Positions 17,952 through 27,667 of a stretch of DNA of 64,000 nucleotides are shown in pieces (position 1 is the stretch's first letter; every line of letters starts with the position of its first letter). The notes beneath the pieces were generated by a model that worked only from the letters and a program-made list of their open reading frames with translations, had not been told where the DNA came from and made no database searches. Source of the DNA: Parvibaculaceae bacterium (GTDB taxonomy: Bacteria > Pseudomonadota > Alphaproteobacteria > Parvibaculales > Parvibaculaceae). The translations under genes were made by a program, and so were the position numbers. The stretch covers positions 2,106,066-2,170,065 of the forward strand of contig JAHBYJ010000001.1 of the NCBI GenBank assembly GCA_019636015.1, written 5' to 3'.

Positions 17952-18365
17952 TCAAGCGCCGATCTTGAATGTGGCGCTGCCTTTCGCCACGAGATCGCCG
18001 GCCTCGGTGCGGAGTTCGGCTTCGGCAAAGGCGATGGACTTGCCGCGATGGCGGACCCAGCCTTCGCCCACCAATATCCCCTTGTCGGCGCGGCCCACAA
18101 AGCTCGTCTTCAGTTCGAGCGTCACTTGCGGCGTCCCCGGCTTTTCATGTGTGAGCCTGACGGCATGGCCGCACAGCCCGTCCAGCATCGCCGAAAGGAA
18201 ACCGCCATAGATGCGGCCGCCGCGGTTCACGAAATTTTCGCCGGCGACGTAGGACGCCTTGATATAGCCCCGCGAGGCATCCTTCTCGAGAACGCGTTTT
18301 CCGAGCGTCACCGCCGCAGGCGACTCCCAGTCCGGATCGAGAGCCGGATTATCGGCGCCTGTCAT
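17952..18365 (-). CDS. PaaI family (hotdog) thioesterase
   Basis: NRGGRIYGGFLSAMLD and TLELKTSF motifs. Confidence 0.88.
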   Translation of the reverse strand: MTGADNPALDPDWESPAAVTLGKRVLEKDASRGYIKASYVAGENFVNRGGRIYGGFLSAMLDGLCGHAVRLTHEKPGTPQVTLELKTSFVGRADKGILVGEGWVRHRGKSIAFAEAELRTEAGDLVAKGSATFKIGA

Positions 18366-18417
18366 GCTCATCGTCGCTTTCCTTTCCGGGCGGCCTCGGC
18401 CCGCCCGGAAGACCCGT

Positions 18418-18828
18418 TCAACTTGTCGGGCCTGGAAAGGGCGGGACGAAGCTTTTCTTGTACTTCGCCTTGCAGGCTTCGTGCTCTTCGGTCAGCAAGG
18501 CGAAGCCCTGCTCGTCGCAGAACTTGCTTGCCCTGTATTCCGCAACGCCCTTGTTGGTGCAACCGCGCAGATCGGGTTCCCAGAGGAAGATGCAGACCAT
18601 GGGAATATACCGCTCCTGACAAGGCAGTTCGCGAATATATTTCTTCTGCTCTTCGCTGCGCCGGTTCCACCAGGCGAGCCCGTCGGCAGGTCTGGTGCCG
18701 TTGGTATCGCTGTTGATGCAATCGGGGATACCGTCGGATGTGCCCTGCGCGGCGGAGGGGCCGGCCGCTGCCGCCATGGCGGCGACGCCGAGACCCAGAA
18801 GCAGGCACAGTTGAACGAGAAGCTTCAT
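18418..18828 (-). CDS. Hypothetical secreted six-cysteine protein (copy 1)
   Basis: AGGAG RBS; signal peptide MKLLVQLC...; close paralog of the adjacent gene. Confidence 0.8.
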   Translation of the reverse strand: MKLLVQLCLLLGLGVAAMAAAAGPSAAQGTSDGIPDCINSDTNGTRPADGLAWWNRRSEEQKKYIRELPCQERYIPMVCIFLWEPDLRGCTNKGVAEYRASKFCDEQGFALLTEEHEACKAKYKKSFVPPFPGPTS

Positions 18829-18847
18829 GGCCTGGTGCTCCTGCCCG

Positions 18848-19234
18848 CTATCCCGGGAACGGCGGCGTGAACGACTTCTTGAAGTCCGCCTTGCAGGCTT
18901 CATGCGCTTCCGAGAGGATCGCATGTCCCTTCGCCGAGCATGCCTTGTCGGCGCGATATTCGGCGACGCCCTTGTTGGTGCAGCCGCGCAGGTCCGGATC
19001 CCAGAGGAATATGCAGACCATCGGAATATAGCGCTGCTCGCAGGGCAGTTCGCTGATGTATTTCTTCTGCTCCGGCGAGCGCCGGCTCCACCAGGCGGCG
19101 GTCGCCTGCGGGTTGCCTGTCTTGTCGCTGTCGATGCATTCAGGAACCGGCTGCGCCTGTGCGCCCCCGCTGCTGAAGCTCAGTCCGATCACCCCCAAAC
19201 CGATCGCCAGACAGAGCTGGACTACGTACTTCAT
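18848..19234 (-). CDS. Hypothetical secreted six-cysteine protein (copy 2)
   Basis: GGAGGA RBS; signal peptide MKYVVQLC...; the same six Cys. Confidence 0.8.
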   Translation of the reverse strand: MKYVVQLCLAIGLGVIGLSFSSGGAQAQPVPECIDSDKTGNPQATAAWWSRRSPEQKKYISELPCEQRYIPMVCIFLWDPDLRGCTNKGVAEYRADKACSAKGHAILSEAHEACKADFKKSFTPPFPG

Positions 19235-19263
19235 GGATCCTCCTCCCACGATATCCCCCCGAT

Positions 19264-19286
19264 AATAGTAATTTATTTTTACTATT
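19264..19286. promoter_or_regulatory. AT-rich palindromic operator-like site
   Basis: AATAGTAA-N7-TTACTATT about 30 bp upstream of the 19234 start. Confidence 0.55.
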
Positions 19287-19322
19287 CTGGCAGAATTATG
19301 GCGGTCCGCAAGTGGGAAGATG

Positions 19323-19355
19323 GCTTCCGGACGGTGCACGGCACCGTCCGGAAGC
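19323..19355 (-). terminator. Hairpin downstream of the GST gene
   Basis: Perfect 15-bp stem GCTTCCGGACGGTGC-ACG-GCACCGTCCGGAAGC; no clear U-tail. Confidence 0.55.
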
Positions 19356-19361
19356 GGAAGC

Positions 19362-19979
19362 TCAGGCAGAAGCGGCTGCCGAGGGACGCGCCTTCATCCG
19401 TTCGAACCAGGCGACGATGTTCTTGTGCGCAGGATCGATGGGCTGGCCTACGACCGCTCCGAAATCGAGGAAGCCGAAAAGCAGGATGTCGGCGAGCGTC
19501 ATGCGCTTGCCGGCAAGGAACTCCTTGCCCGCGAGCAGTTTGTCGATCCAGGCAAGCTTGTCCTGTGCGATCGCCTTGAGGCCGGCCGCGGCCTCAGGCA
19601 GGCAGCGCATGCGGTTCTGGAACAGCGGCAAGCCTTCGGAAAAGCGGAAGCCGTTGGCCAGAGGCTCGCAGACGTTGAGATCGACGCGTCGCGTCCACAT
19701 GCGCGTTTCGGCGCGCTCTTCGGGCGTCGTGCCGATCAGCGAACCGCCCGGGAACTTCTCGTCCAGATACTCGCAGATGGCTGTGATCTCGGCGAGGTAG
19801 CTGCCATCGTCGAGTTCGAGCGCCGGAAGCTGACCCGCCGGGTTCTTCGCAAGATAGGGCTCCTTGCGGTTTTCGGCCTGCATGATGTCGACCTCGACGA
19901 AAGGCAGTTCGATGCCCTTCTCCTTCATGAACATCTTGACCACGCGGGGATTGGGCCCGATCGAGTTGTAGAATTTCAT
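19362..19979 (-). CDS. Glutathione S-transferase family protein
   Basis: GPNPRVV, KNPAGQLPAL and TLADI motifs. Confidence 0.92.
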   Translation of the reverse strand: MKFYNSIGPNPRVVKMFMKEKGIELPFVEVDIMQAENRKEPYLAKNPAGQLPALELDDGSYLAEITAICEYLDEKFPGGSLIGTTPEERAETRMWTRRVDLNVCEPLANGFRFSEGLPLFQNRMRCLPEAAAGLKAIAQDKLAWIDKLLAGKEFLAGKRMTLADILLFGFLDFGAVVGQPIDPAHKNIVAWFERMKARPSAAASA

Positions 19980-20157
19980 GGATAGTCTCCCTGTTGCCCC
20001 GGTCTGTTAGCGGATGCCGGAATGGCACCATGATTAGCGAAATGCGCCCTGCCGCGCCAGCGCGCACGGCGCTTTGCGCCATTTCCGCCTTGGCGCTCCT
20101 CCATTCCGTGGTTATCTAGGACCAATCCGGCAAAGACTGGCGAAACGGGAGGCAGGC

Positions 20158-21444
20158 ATGAGCGCAGAGAGCGCCACGGAAAAGCACGGCCCGGGGACCC
20201 CGCGCCCGGGCCTTTTCTATGGCTGGTACGTCGTGGCGGGCGTGCTCATCATCATGACGGTGACCGCGGGCCTCGGCTTCTACAACCTCTCGGTCTACCT
20301 CAAGGCTTTCGTTGCGGAAGGCGGATTCTCGGTCCGGGCGACCTCCTTCGCTACCGCCTGCTTCTTCGTTGCATCCGGCATAACCGGGCTCGGCGTCGCA
20401 TCGTTGATCGAGCGCTACGATCCGCGCTGGGTCATCACCGCCGGTGCGCTGGTGAGCGCCGGTGCCACGCTCGGCGCGGGCTATGTGAGCGAACTCTGGC
20501 AGCTCTATCTCTTCTATGTCCTGTTCGGCGCCGGCTATGCGGGTGCCGCACTCATTCCCGGCACCACGCTTGTCGCGCGCTGGTTCGCGCGCAAGCGGTC
20601 GATCGCATTGTCGGTTGCATCCACGGGACTATCGCTCGGCGGCATTATCCTCACGCCAGTGGCGGCGAGCCTTATCGACCGCTGGGGCCTTCAGGCAGCT
20701 ACGCCCTGGCTCGCCGCAGGCTTTGTCGTCGGCATCGTGCCCATCGCCTGGCTGCTGATCCGCCCCTCGCCGCAGTCGCTCGGACTGGGTCCGGATGGCG
20801 ACGCGCTGCAGCGCGACGAGAGCGGCGCGCTCTTGCCCGCCGACGGCATCGACTATCGCGACGCTGTCCGAAGCCGCTTCTTCGTGTTGTCTACGATGGC
20901 ATTCATCTTCGCAATGATGGCGCAGGTCGGTGTTATCGCGCATCAGTTCCGTCTCGTGGCAACGCGCAGCGGCAGCGACGAAACCGCCGCACTTGCCGTC
21001 GCGACCATGGCCATGGCGAGCATCATCGGCCGTCTTGCGGGCGGCTGGGCCCTTACGGTCATTCCCTCGCGCGGCTTCGTTTTCGCGCTCGTCGTCGGTC
21101 AGGGCATCGCGCTTGCCTTCTATTCGCAGGCACAAACCATCCCCGCCCTCATACTGGCAACAGTTCTGTTCGGATTGACGGTCGGCAACCTGCTGATGAT
21201 GCAGCCGCTGATGCTGGCCGAAGCCTTCGGCTTGAAGGCTTACGGCCGCATCTATTCGCTGAGCCAGTTGTTCATGACGGCCGGCGTCGCCGTAGGTCCG
21301 GCGGCGGTCGGGCTGCTCTACGATTGGCTCGGCGGATATGAAGTCGCCTTCCTCGTGATGGCGGTCTCGTCCCTCCTCGCCTTCCTGCTCATTCTCGCGG
21401 GCGGTCCCGTCCGCGCGCTCATCGAAAGCAAGCCGCATGCGTGA
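20158..21444 (+). CDS. MFS transporter (copy 1)
   Basis: FYGWYVVA start motif; about 12 TM segments. Confidence 0.9.
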   Translation: MSAESATEKHGPGTPRPGLFYGWYVVAGVLIIMTVTAGLGFYNLSVYLKAFVAEGGFSVRATSFATACFFVASGITGLGVASLIERYDPRWVITAGALVSAGATLGAGYVSELWQLYLFYVLFGAGYAGAALIPGTTLVARWFARKRSIALSVASTGLSLGGIILTPVAASLIDRWGLQAATPWLAAGFVVGIVPIAWLLIRPSPQSLGLGPDGDALQRDESGALLPADGIDYRDAVRSRFFVLSTMAFIFAMMAQVGVIAHQFRLVATRSGSDETAALAVATMAMASIIGRLAGGWALTVIPSRGFVFALVVGQGIALAFYSQAQTIPALILATVLFGLTVGNLLMMQPLMLAEAFGLKAYGRIYSLSQLFMTAGVAVGPAAVGLLYDWLGGYEVAFLVMAVSSLLAFLLILAGGPVRALIESKPHA

Positions 21445-22006
21445 TTTCGGACCCGGTGTCTCTCTCGACAATCCCGCTTTCATTCACGAGACGGCGCTTG
21501 TCTACGGCAAGGTTCATATCGGTGAGGGCGCATCGCTCTGGCCCTATGTCGTGATCAGAAGCGAGATGCACGAGGTACGCATCGGCCGCCGCACCAATAT
21601 TCAGGATTTCGTGATGATCCATGTCGGCAACGAGACGCCGACGATCATCGGCGAGAACTGCTCCATCACGCATCACTGCACGATCCATGGTGCGGAGATT
21701 GGCGACAACTGCCTGATCGGGATCAACTCGACCCTGATGGACGGATCGAAGATCGGCCGGAATTCGATCGTGGCCGGTCACTCGATCGTCACCGAAGGAA
21801 CCGTCATCCCGGAAAATTCCATCGTCGCCGGTGCGCCGGCTCGCGTCATCAAGTCGCGCGACAGCGGTGTCGCCAACGCGATGAACGCGCGCTTCTACTA
21901 TGAAAATGCACTGGCCTATGCGAAGGGCGATCATCGCGTCACCGAACGCGATAGTTTTCGCCGCGCCATGGCCGAGGAGATGAAGGCGTTGACGGCGGCC
22001 GAATGA
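21437..22006 (+). CDS. Gamma carbonic anhydrase family protein
   Basis: Hexapeptide repeats; NIQD and His-containing motifs IH, HH..IHG. Confidence 0.88.
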   Translation: MRDFGPGVSLDNPAFIHETALVYGKVHIGEGASLWPYVVIRSEMHEVRIGRRTNIQDFVMIHVGNETPTIIGENCSITHHCTIHGAEIGDNCLIGINSTLMDGSKIGRNSIVAGHSIVTEGTVIPENSIVAGAPARVIKSRDSGVANAMNARFYYENALAYAKGDHRVTERDSFRRAMAEEMKALTAAE

Positions 22007-22098
22007 AGCAGGCCGAACTTTCCGCTTGGGCAAACTGACCGGAACGTCTATCTAGGTCATATTCGTTATTCACGCCATCCGGCACCCGGAGCCCTGAA

Positions 22099-23391
22099 AT
22101 GGATGCTGGCCCCGCGCCAGAAGCACCGCGCGCCTCGCCGCGCGGCCCGGTCTTTTATGGCTGGTATGTCGTCGCCGCCGTCTTCGTGATCCATACGGTC
22201 GCTTGCGGGCTGATCTTTTATAACCTGTCGATCTTCCTGAAGGCCTTTGTCGCCGAGGGCGGCTTCACCGTTTCGGCGACGTCGAACGCGACTGCAATCT
22301 TCTTCGTCGCGTCGGGCATCGCGGGCCTTGCCGTCGGCTGGCTGCTCGACCGCTACGACCCGCGATGGGTGGTCACAGCCGGGGCCCTCATATCGGGCGG
22401 CGTTCTCGCCTGCGCCGGACACGTCACCGCGCTGTGGCAGCTTTATCTCTTCTACATCCTCTTCGGCATCGGTAACGCTGCCGTCGCGGTTATCCCCGGC
22501 ATGACCATCGTGGCGCGCTGGTTCACCCGCCAGCGCTCCAAGGCCATCGCCTATGCCTCCACCGGCCTTTCGCTGGGCGGCATCGTCTTCACGCCGCTGT
22601 CGGCGGGGCTGATCGAGCGATACGGGCTTATGGACGCCGCTTACTGGCTCGGTGTCGTTCTGGTGCTTGGCGTCATCCCTGTTGCCCTGCTCGTCCTTCG
22701 TGCGAGCCCGGAGGCCATCGGCCAGGCGCCGGACGGCGATCCGCCGCGTCGCGGCGCCGACGGCGCCCTCTTGCCACCGGATGGAATTTCGTTCGAGGAA
22801 GCGATCCGCAGTCGCTTCTTCATTCTGTGCACGACGGCCTTCGTCTTTTCGATGATGGCCCAGGTCGGCTCTCTGGCGCACCAGTTCCGCCTCGTTGCCA
22901 CGCGAACGGGCGACGATCACATGGCGGCCCTCGCGGTCGCGATCATGGCGGCGGCAAGCATCGCCGGACGGCTGGTCGGCGGCGTCGTTCTCTCCCGCGT
23001 CGCTTCCAAAACCTATCTCTATGCCATCTATGTGCTGCAGGCCCTGTCCTTCGTCCTCTTTGCTCTCGTTCAGGGGCCTATCGCCCTCTTCTTTGCTTCC
23101 GCGGTTTTCGGCTCGACGGTCGGAAACATGCAGATGATGCAGCCGCTCATCGTGGCGGAAGCCTTCGGACTCAAGGCCTATGCGCGGATCCTGTCCGTCT
23201 CGCAAATGATCACGACCTGCGCCAACGCGGCAGGCCCCGCCCTGCTCGGCTTCCTTTATGTCGCCGCCGGTGGATATGAACTTGCTTATCTCGCGATCAC
23301 GCTGTCATCCGCCCTCGGTTTCGCAAGCCTTTACGCGGCGGGCCCCGTCCGCGCTCTGATCGAGGCAAAGGAAAGACCGGTAGGAAGCTGA
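22099..23391 (+). CDS. MFS transporter (copy 2)
   Basis: Paralog of the 20158 gene; about 12 TM segments. Confidence 0.9.
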   Translation: MDAGPAPEAPRASPRGPVFYGWYVVAAVFVIHTVACGLIFYNLSIFLKAFVAEGGFTVSATSNATAIFFVASGIAGLAVGWLLDRYDPRWVVTAGALISGGVLACAGHVTALWQLYLFYILFGIGNAAVAVIPGMTIVARWFTRQRSKAIAYASTGLSLGGIVFTPLSAGLIERYGLMDAAYWLGVVLVLGVIPVALLVLRASPEAIGQAPDGDPPRRGADGALLPPDGISFEEAIRSRFFILCTTAFVFSMMAQVGSLAHQFRLVATRTGDDHMAALAVAIMAAASIAGRLVGGVVLSRVASKTYLYAIYVLQALSFVLFALVQGPIALFFASAVFGSTVGNMQMMQPLIVAEAFGLKAYARILSVSQMITTCANAAGPALLGFLYVAAGGYELAYLAITLSSALGFASLYAAGPVRALIEAKERPVGS

Positions 23392-23462
23392 AATCGCTCA
23401 TGGATTTGGGCATGCGCCCTCGCTAGACTGCGCCCGTTCCACCCCTGCCCGATTGGATTGCC

Positions 23463-24506
23463 ATGAAACTGCCGACGAATTTCTACAAGCCGCTCGCCAT
23501 TGGCGCGCCCGCTCCCTACCGGGAACTGCCGGTGGCGCTGGAGCGCATGATCCATTTCTTTCCGGGCCACAACGAGAAGGTCCGGGCGAAGATCGGCGAT
23601 GTGATTTCGCAAGTGGACGTTTTGCTCGGCAATCTCGAAGACGCCATTCCCGCCGATGCGAAAGATGCGGCGCGGCGCGGTGTGATCGAGGTCGGCAAGG
23701 CGCACGATTTCGGCTCGACCGGCTTTTGGGTACGCATCAATCCGCTGAACAGCCCCTGGATGCTCGACGACGTCATGCAGCTCGTGGCCGAGATTGGCGA
23801 CAAGCTCGATGTCATCATGCTGCCCAAGGTCGAAGGCGCCTGGGATATTCACTATCTCGACCAGCTTCTCGCCCAGCTCGAGGCAAGGCACGGGCTGAAG
23901 AAGCCGCTTCTCATCCACGCCATTCTGGAAACGGCACAGGGCGTGAAGAATGTCGAGGAGATTGCGAGCGCTTCGCCGCGCATGCATGGCATGAGCCTCG
24001 GGCCTGCGGACCTCGCTGCTTCGCGCAAGATGAAGACAACCCGCGTCGGCGGCGGTCATCCGTTCTATCGCGTGCTGGAAGACCCGAAGGAAGATGGCAG
24101 CCCCCGCATCGCCGCGCAGCAGGATCTCTGGCACTACACCTTCGCCAAGATGGTGGACGCCTGCGTCGCAAACGACATCCGCCCCTTCTACGGTCCCTTT
24201 GGCGACATCCAGGACCTCGATGCCTGCGAACAGCAGTTCCGCAATGCCTTCCTGATGGGCTGCGTCGGCGCCTGGTCGCTGCACCCGAACCAGATCGCGA
24301 TTGCCAAGCGTGTCTTCAGTCCCGCGCCCGATGAAGTGATCTTCGCAAAGAAGATCCTCGACACCATGCCGGACGGCACGGGCGTTGCCATGATCGACGG
24401 GAAAATGCAGGACGACGCGACCTGGAAGCAGGCCAAGGTGATCGTGGATCTGGCGAGGAAGGTTGCCGAGAAGGATCCCGACCTCGCCAGAGCCTATGGT
24501 TTCTGA
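23463..24506 (+). CDS. Malyl-CoA/beta-methylmalyl-CoA lyase (CitE superfamily)
   Basis: [21 protein letters not shown] and [11 protein letters not shown] motifs. Confidence 0.85.
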   Translation: MKLPTNFYKPLAIGAPAPYRELPVALERMIHFFPGHNEKVRAKIGDVISQVDVLLGNLEDAIPADAKDAARRGVIEVGKAHDFGSTGFWVRINPLNSPWMLDDVMQLVAEIGDKLDVIMLPKVEGAWDIHYLDQLLAQLEARHGLKKPLLIHAILETAQGVKNVEEIASASPRMHGMSLGPADLAASRKMKTTRVGGGHPFYRVLEDPKEDGSPRIAAQQDLWHYTFAKMVDACVANDIRPFYGPFGDIQDLDACEQQFRNAFLMGCVGAWSLHPNQIAIAKRVFSPAPDEVIFAKKILDTMPDGTGVAMIDGKMQDDATWKQAKVIVDLARKVAEKDPDLARAYGF

Positions 24507-24515
24507 CCCCGCCGC

Positions 24516-25619
24516 TCAGGAGAGCGAGGCGAGCGCTTCCGCCCGGAACGGCATGAGCTGATCGAAAGCGCCGGTATGGACCTTGCGGGCCCAGGCCGGG
24601 TCGACCAGCAGTGCGCGGCCGACGCCGACGAGATCGAACTCGCCCCGTTCGAGCCGCTCCAGAAGTTCGTCGATACCCGTCGCCTCGGAGGATTCGCCCG
24701 CGAAGGAGGCAATGAATTCGCCCGACAGGCTGACGCTGCCGACCGTGATGCTCGGCTTGCCGGTAAGCTTCTTCGTCCAGCCCGCGAGATTGAGATCGGA
24801 GCCTTCGAATTCCGGTTCCCAGAAGCGCCGTTGCGAGCAATGGAAGACGTCGACGCCCGCATCCGATAGGGGCTTCAGGAACGCGCCCAGCTCGTCCGGC
24901 GTCGGCGCGAGCTTCACCGTGTAGTCCTGCTGCTTCCACTGCGAGAAACGGAGGATGAGCGGGAAATCCTTGCCTGCATGGCGCCGGATCGACTCGATGA
25001 TTTCGACCGCAAAGCGCGTGCGGCCCACCATGTCGCCGCCATACTCGTCATCGCGCTCATTGGTGCCGCCCCAGAAGAACTGGTCGATGAGATAGCCATG
25101 CGCACCGTGAACCTCGACACCATCGAACCCGATCTCGCGCGCATCGGCAGCCGCCCGCCCGAAGGCTTCGATCGTGTCCTTGATTTCCTGCCTGGTCATC
25201 GGCTCGGCGCGCTTTTTGCCGGGAACGGCAAGGCCGGACGGCCCATGGCTCGGCAGTTCCGAATTGGTGGATTTTTCGGGGTTGCGCACCATGCCGACAT
25301 GCCAGATCTGCGGCATGATCTTGCCGCCCGCACCGTGAACTTCCTCGACCACCCGCTTCCAGCCCTTGAGTGCATCCTCGCCCCAGAACTGCGGATAGTT
25401 CGGATCGGCGGTTGCGACCGGCGTATTGACGGTCGTGCCTTCCGTGATGATGAGGCCGCATTCTGCTTCCGCCCGGCGGCGGTAATAGGCCGCGACATCG
25501 GGGCCGGGCACGCCGCCCGGTGATTTGGCCCGTGTCATGGGCGCCATGACGATGCGGTTCGGAAGGGTCAGGCCGTTGAAGGTGAAGGGTTCGAACAAGG
25601 GCGCTACCGGCCTGCTCAT
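24516..25619 (-). CDS. NADH:flavin oxidoreductase (Old Yellow Enzyme family)
   Basis: NRIVMAPMTR, HGAHGYLIDQF and RDDEYGG motifs. Confidence 0.93.
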   Translation of the reverse strand: MSRPVAPLFEPFTFNGLTLPNRIVMAPMTRAKSPGGVPGPDVAAYYRRRAEAECGLIITEGTTVNTPVATADPNYPQFWGEDALKGWKRVVEEVHGAGGKIMPQIWHVGMVRNPEKSTNSELPSHGPSGLAVPGKKRAEPMTRQEIKDTIEAFGRAAADAREIGFDGVEVHGAHGYLIDQFFWGGTNERDDEYGGDMVGRTRFAVEIIESIRRHAGKDFPLILRFSQWKQQDYTVKLAPTPDELGAFLKPLSDAGVDVFHCSQRRFWEPEFEGSDLNLAGWTKKLTGKPSITVGSVSLSGEFIASFAGESSEATGIDELLERLERGEFDLVGVGRALLVDPAWARKVHTGAFDQLMPFRAEALASLS

Positions 25620-25776
25620 CGGATGTCTCCTGTGGTTGAAAAATTTCGGTGCGCGCCATATTGGGTGTCTGGGCGTGAATGGCAATCCCGAAACCGGAAA
25701 CAGGCGGCCGGATTCGATTCCGCCAACCCTTTCAATCTGTTAGAGTGAGTTGTTTAGAGAAAGGCGAAGTGGCGTC

Positions 25777-26109
25777 ATGGAGATCAACCGGGAAGCCAAG
25801 TTCAGGATCGGCCAGGTGGTCCGCCACAGATTCTTCCCCTTCCGGGGCGTGATCTTCGATGTGGACCCGACATTCAACAATACCGAGGAATGGTGGCTGT
25901 CGATCCCCGAGGAGGTGCGTCCGCGCAAGGACCAGCCCTACTACCACCTTCTGGCCGAGAACTCGGAAACCGAATATGTCGCCTATGTCTCGGAGCAGAA
26001 CCTGCTGCCGGACGAGTCGGGCGAACCCGTCCGCCATCCTCAGGTTGCCGAACTCTTCGGCCCGTTGAAAAACGGCTTCTACGCCCTGCGGACAAATTCC
26101 GCACACTGA
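25777..26109 (+). CDS. hspQ: Heat shock protein HspQ
   Basis: AKFRIGQVVRHR, QPYYHLLAEN and AYVSEQNL motifs. Confidence 0.93.
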   Translation: MEINREAKFRIGQVVRHRFFPFRGVIFDVDPTFNNTEEWWLSIPEEVRPRKDQPYYHLLAENSETEYVAYVSEQNLLPDESGEPVRHPQVAELFGPLKNGFYALRTNSAH

Positions 26110-26131
26110 CACGCCGCGCCGTGCTAGGCAG

Positions 26132-26884
26132 ATGGTACGCGACGACAAGAGGCTGGGCGCCATGCGGCGGGACTTGAGACCCTATTTCATCCGCCGGATA
26201 CAGGACGGCTGGAACCGCTTCTATGTGAGACGGTTCATAGCGCCCGCCTTCGATGCACTCGGCTTCCATCCGGACATAACGAGCCCCCGCAATGTGGAGA
26301 TATGGGGTGGCGGCATCACGGCCGGCGCGAACCTCCATCTCCATGCCTCGAAGGGCAGCATGGTGCGTCTGGCGACATGGCGCACCGGCGAGCGCGAAGG
26401 ACGCATCGAGATAGGCGATCACGTGCTGATCAGCCCCGGCACGCATATCGTTGCGTCGGAGCGGATCGTCATCGGCAGCAATACGATGATCGCAAGCAAT
26501 TGCTATCTATCGGATTCCGACTGGCACGATACCTATGACCGCACGGCCGAGCTCGCCAAGCACCGGCCCATCGTCATCGGTGAGAATGTCTGGCTCGGCG
26601 TCCGCGTGATCGTCGGCAAGGGCGTGACGATCGGCGATAACAGCATCATCGGCGCTGGCGCCGTCGTCATCTCGGACATACCGCCCAACTGCATCGCAGC
26701 CGGAAATCCCGCCCGCGTCGTACGTGAGCTGGACCCGGCGCGCGCTTTCCGCACCCGATCCACCCTGTTCGCCGATCCGGACAGGCTGCAGCAGGACATG
26801 GACCGGCTGATGCGCTACATGCTCAGGGAGAACACGCTGGCCGGATGGCTCCGCAGCCTGTTCTTCCCTACGCGTGCGGACTGA
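26132..26884 (+). CDS. Hexapeptide-repeat acyltransferase
   Basis: DSDWH, IGENVWLG and AGNPARV motifs. Confidence 0.85.
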   Translation: MVRDDKRLGAMRRDLRPYFIRRIQDGWNRFYVRRFIAPAFDALGFHPDITSPRNVEIWGGGITAGANLHLHASKGSMVRLATWRTGEREGRIEIGDHVLISPGTHIVASERIVIGSNTMIASNCYLSDSDWHDTYDRTAELAKHRPIVIGENVWLGVRVIVGKGVTIGDNSIIGAGAVVISDIPPNCIAAGNPARVVRELDPARAFRTRSTLFADPDRLQQDMDRLMRYMLRENTLAGWLRSLFFPTRAD

Positions 26885-27442
26885 TCAGGATTTGGGCTTG
26901 GGCAACGAGCCGATCGCCTTGGTGATGCCATCGAGCTTGACGGGAATCTTCACCTCGCCCTGCCGGACGAGCCTGAATTCGACATTCATCTCCTTGCCGG
27001 ACTGAAGCGCCTTGAGCCGCTTTTCATCGATCAGGATTTCTGTCTGGCAACCGCCCGGAAGGCAATAGAGGAACTGCTGGCCGAACTCCTCGCCGCCATC
27101 GATCGTCCATTTGATGCCGACAGGCAGCACTGTGCCGAGGGGCGTGATCGCGAACATGAAGAGGTCTTTCGAACCGTCATTGTCCACGTCCCGCGCGCCA
27201 TATCCGATACCGAGATAGAGGATGCGCTGCTGCTGGCCCGCCTCGTCGCCCACGCCAACGCCGACAAAGGCGTGGCACTGCTCAACGCCCGTTTCACCGG
27301 TTTCGCAGCGCGAACTCCAGGTTCCGAACTTCTGGACCTTGGCTTCATCGCCGCCGGCCCCCTGGGCCTGAGCGGGAGAAAAGGCGGAGAGAGCAACAGC
27401 AGCGGCAAGCGAAACGCCGGAAAGCGCACGGCGAAGTGACAT
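26885..27442 (-). CDS. Invasion-associated locus B (IalB) family protein
   Basis: Signal peptide; FGTW..RC, PLGTVLPVG and CLPGGC motifs. Confidence 0.85.
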   Translation of the reverse strand: MSLRRALSGVSLAAAVALSAFSPAQAQGAGGDEAKVQKFGTWSSRCETGETGVEQCHAFVGVGVGDEAGQQQRILYLGIGYGARDVDNDGSKDLFMFAITPLGTVLPVGIKWTIDGGEEFGQQFLYCLPGGCQTEILIDEKRLKALQSGKEMNVEFRLVRQGEVKIPVKLDGITKAIGSLPKPKS

Positions 27443-27667
27443 GATCGGAACCCCTTGGAACCTTGTGCAAACGGAAATCTGTCCGTTCCTCAGCGATAGC
27501 GGCTGCAGGCCGGATAAGCCCGCCAGCACGTCAAATCGTCTCTAGCCTCGCATTTCGGCATAAAGAAGGCATCGGGAAACTTTGAAAAATTCGCAGAAAT
27601 GCTTAACGCTTGAACCAACTTGAAGACACTTTCGACTTGTTGGTCCCTCGGGCTCCACGGAATGGCG

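Noticed and set aside
17744-19360. Prophage or integrative element at tRNA-Ser
   Set aside because: No integrase, transposase or phage genes on either side of the tRNA
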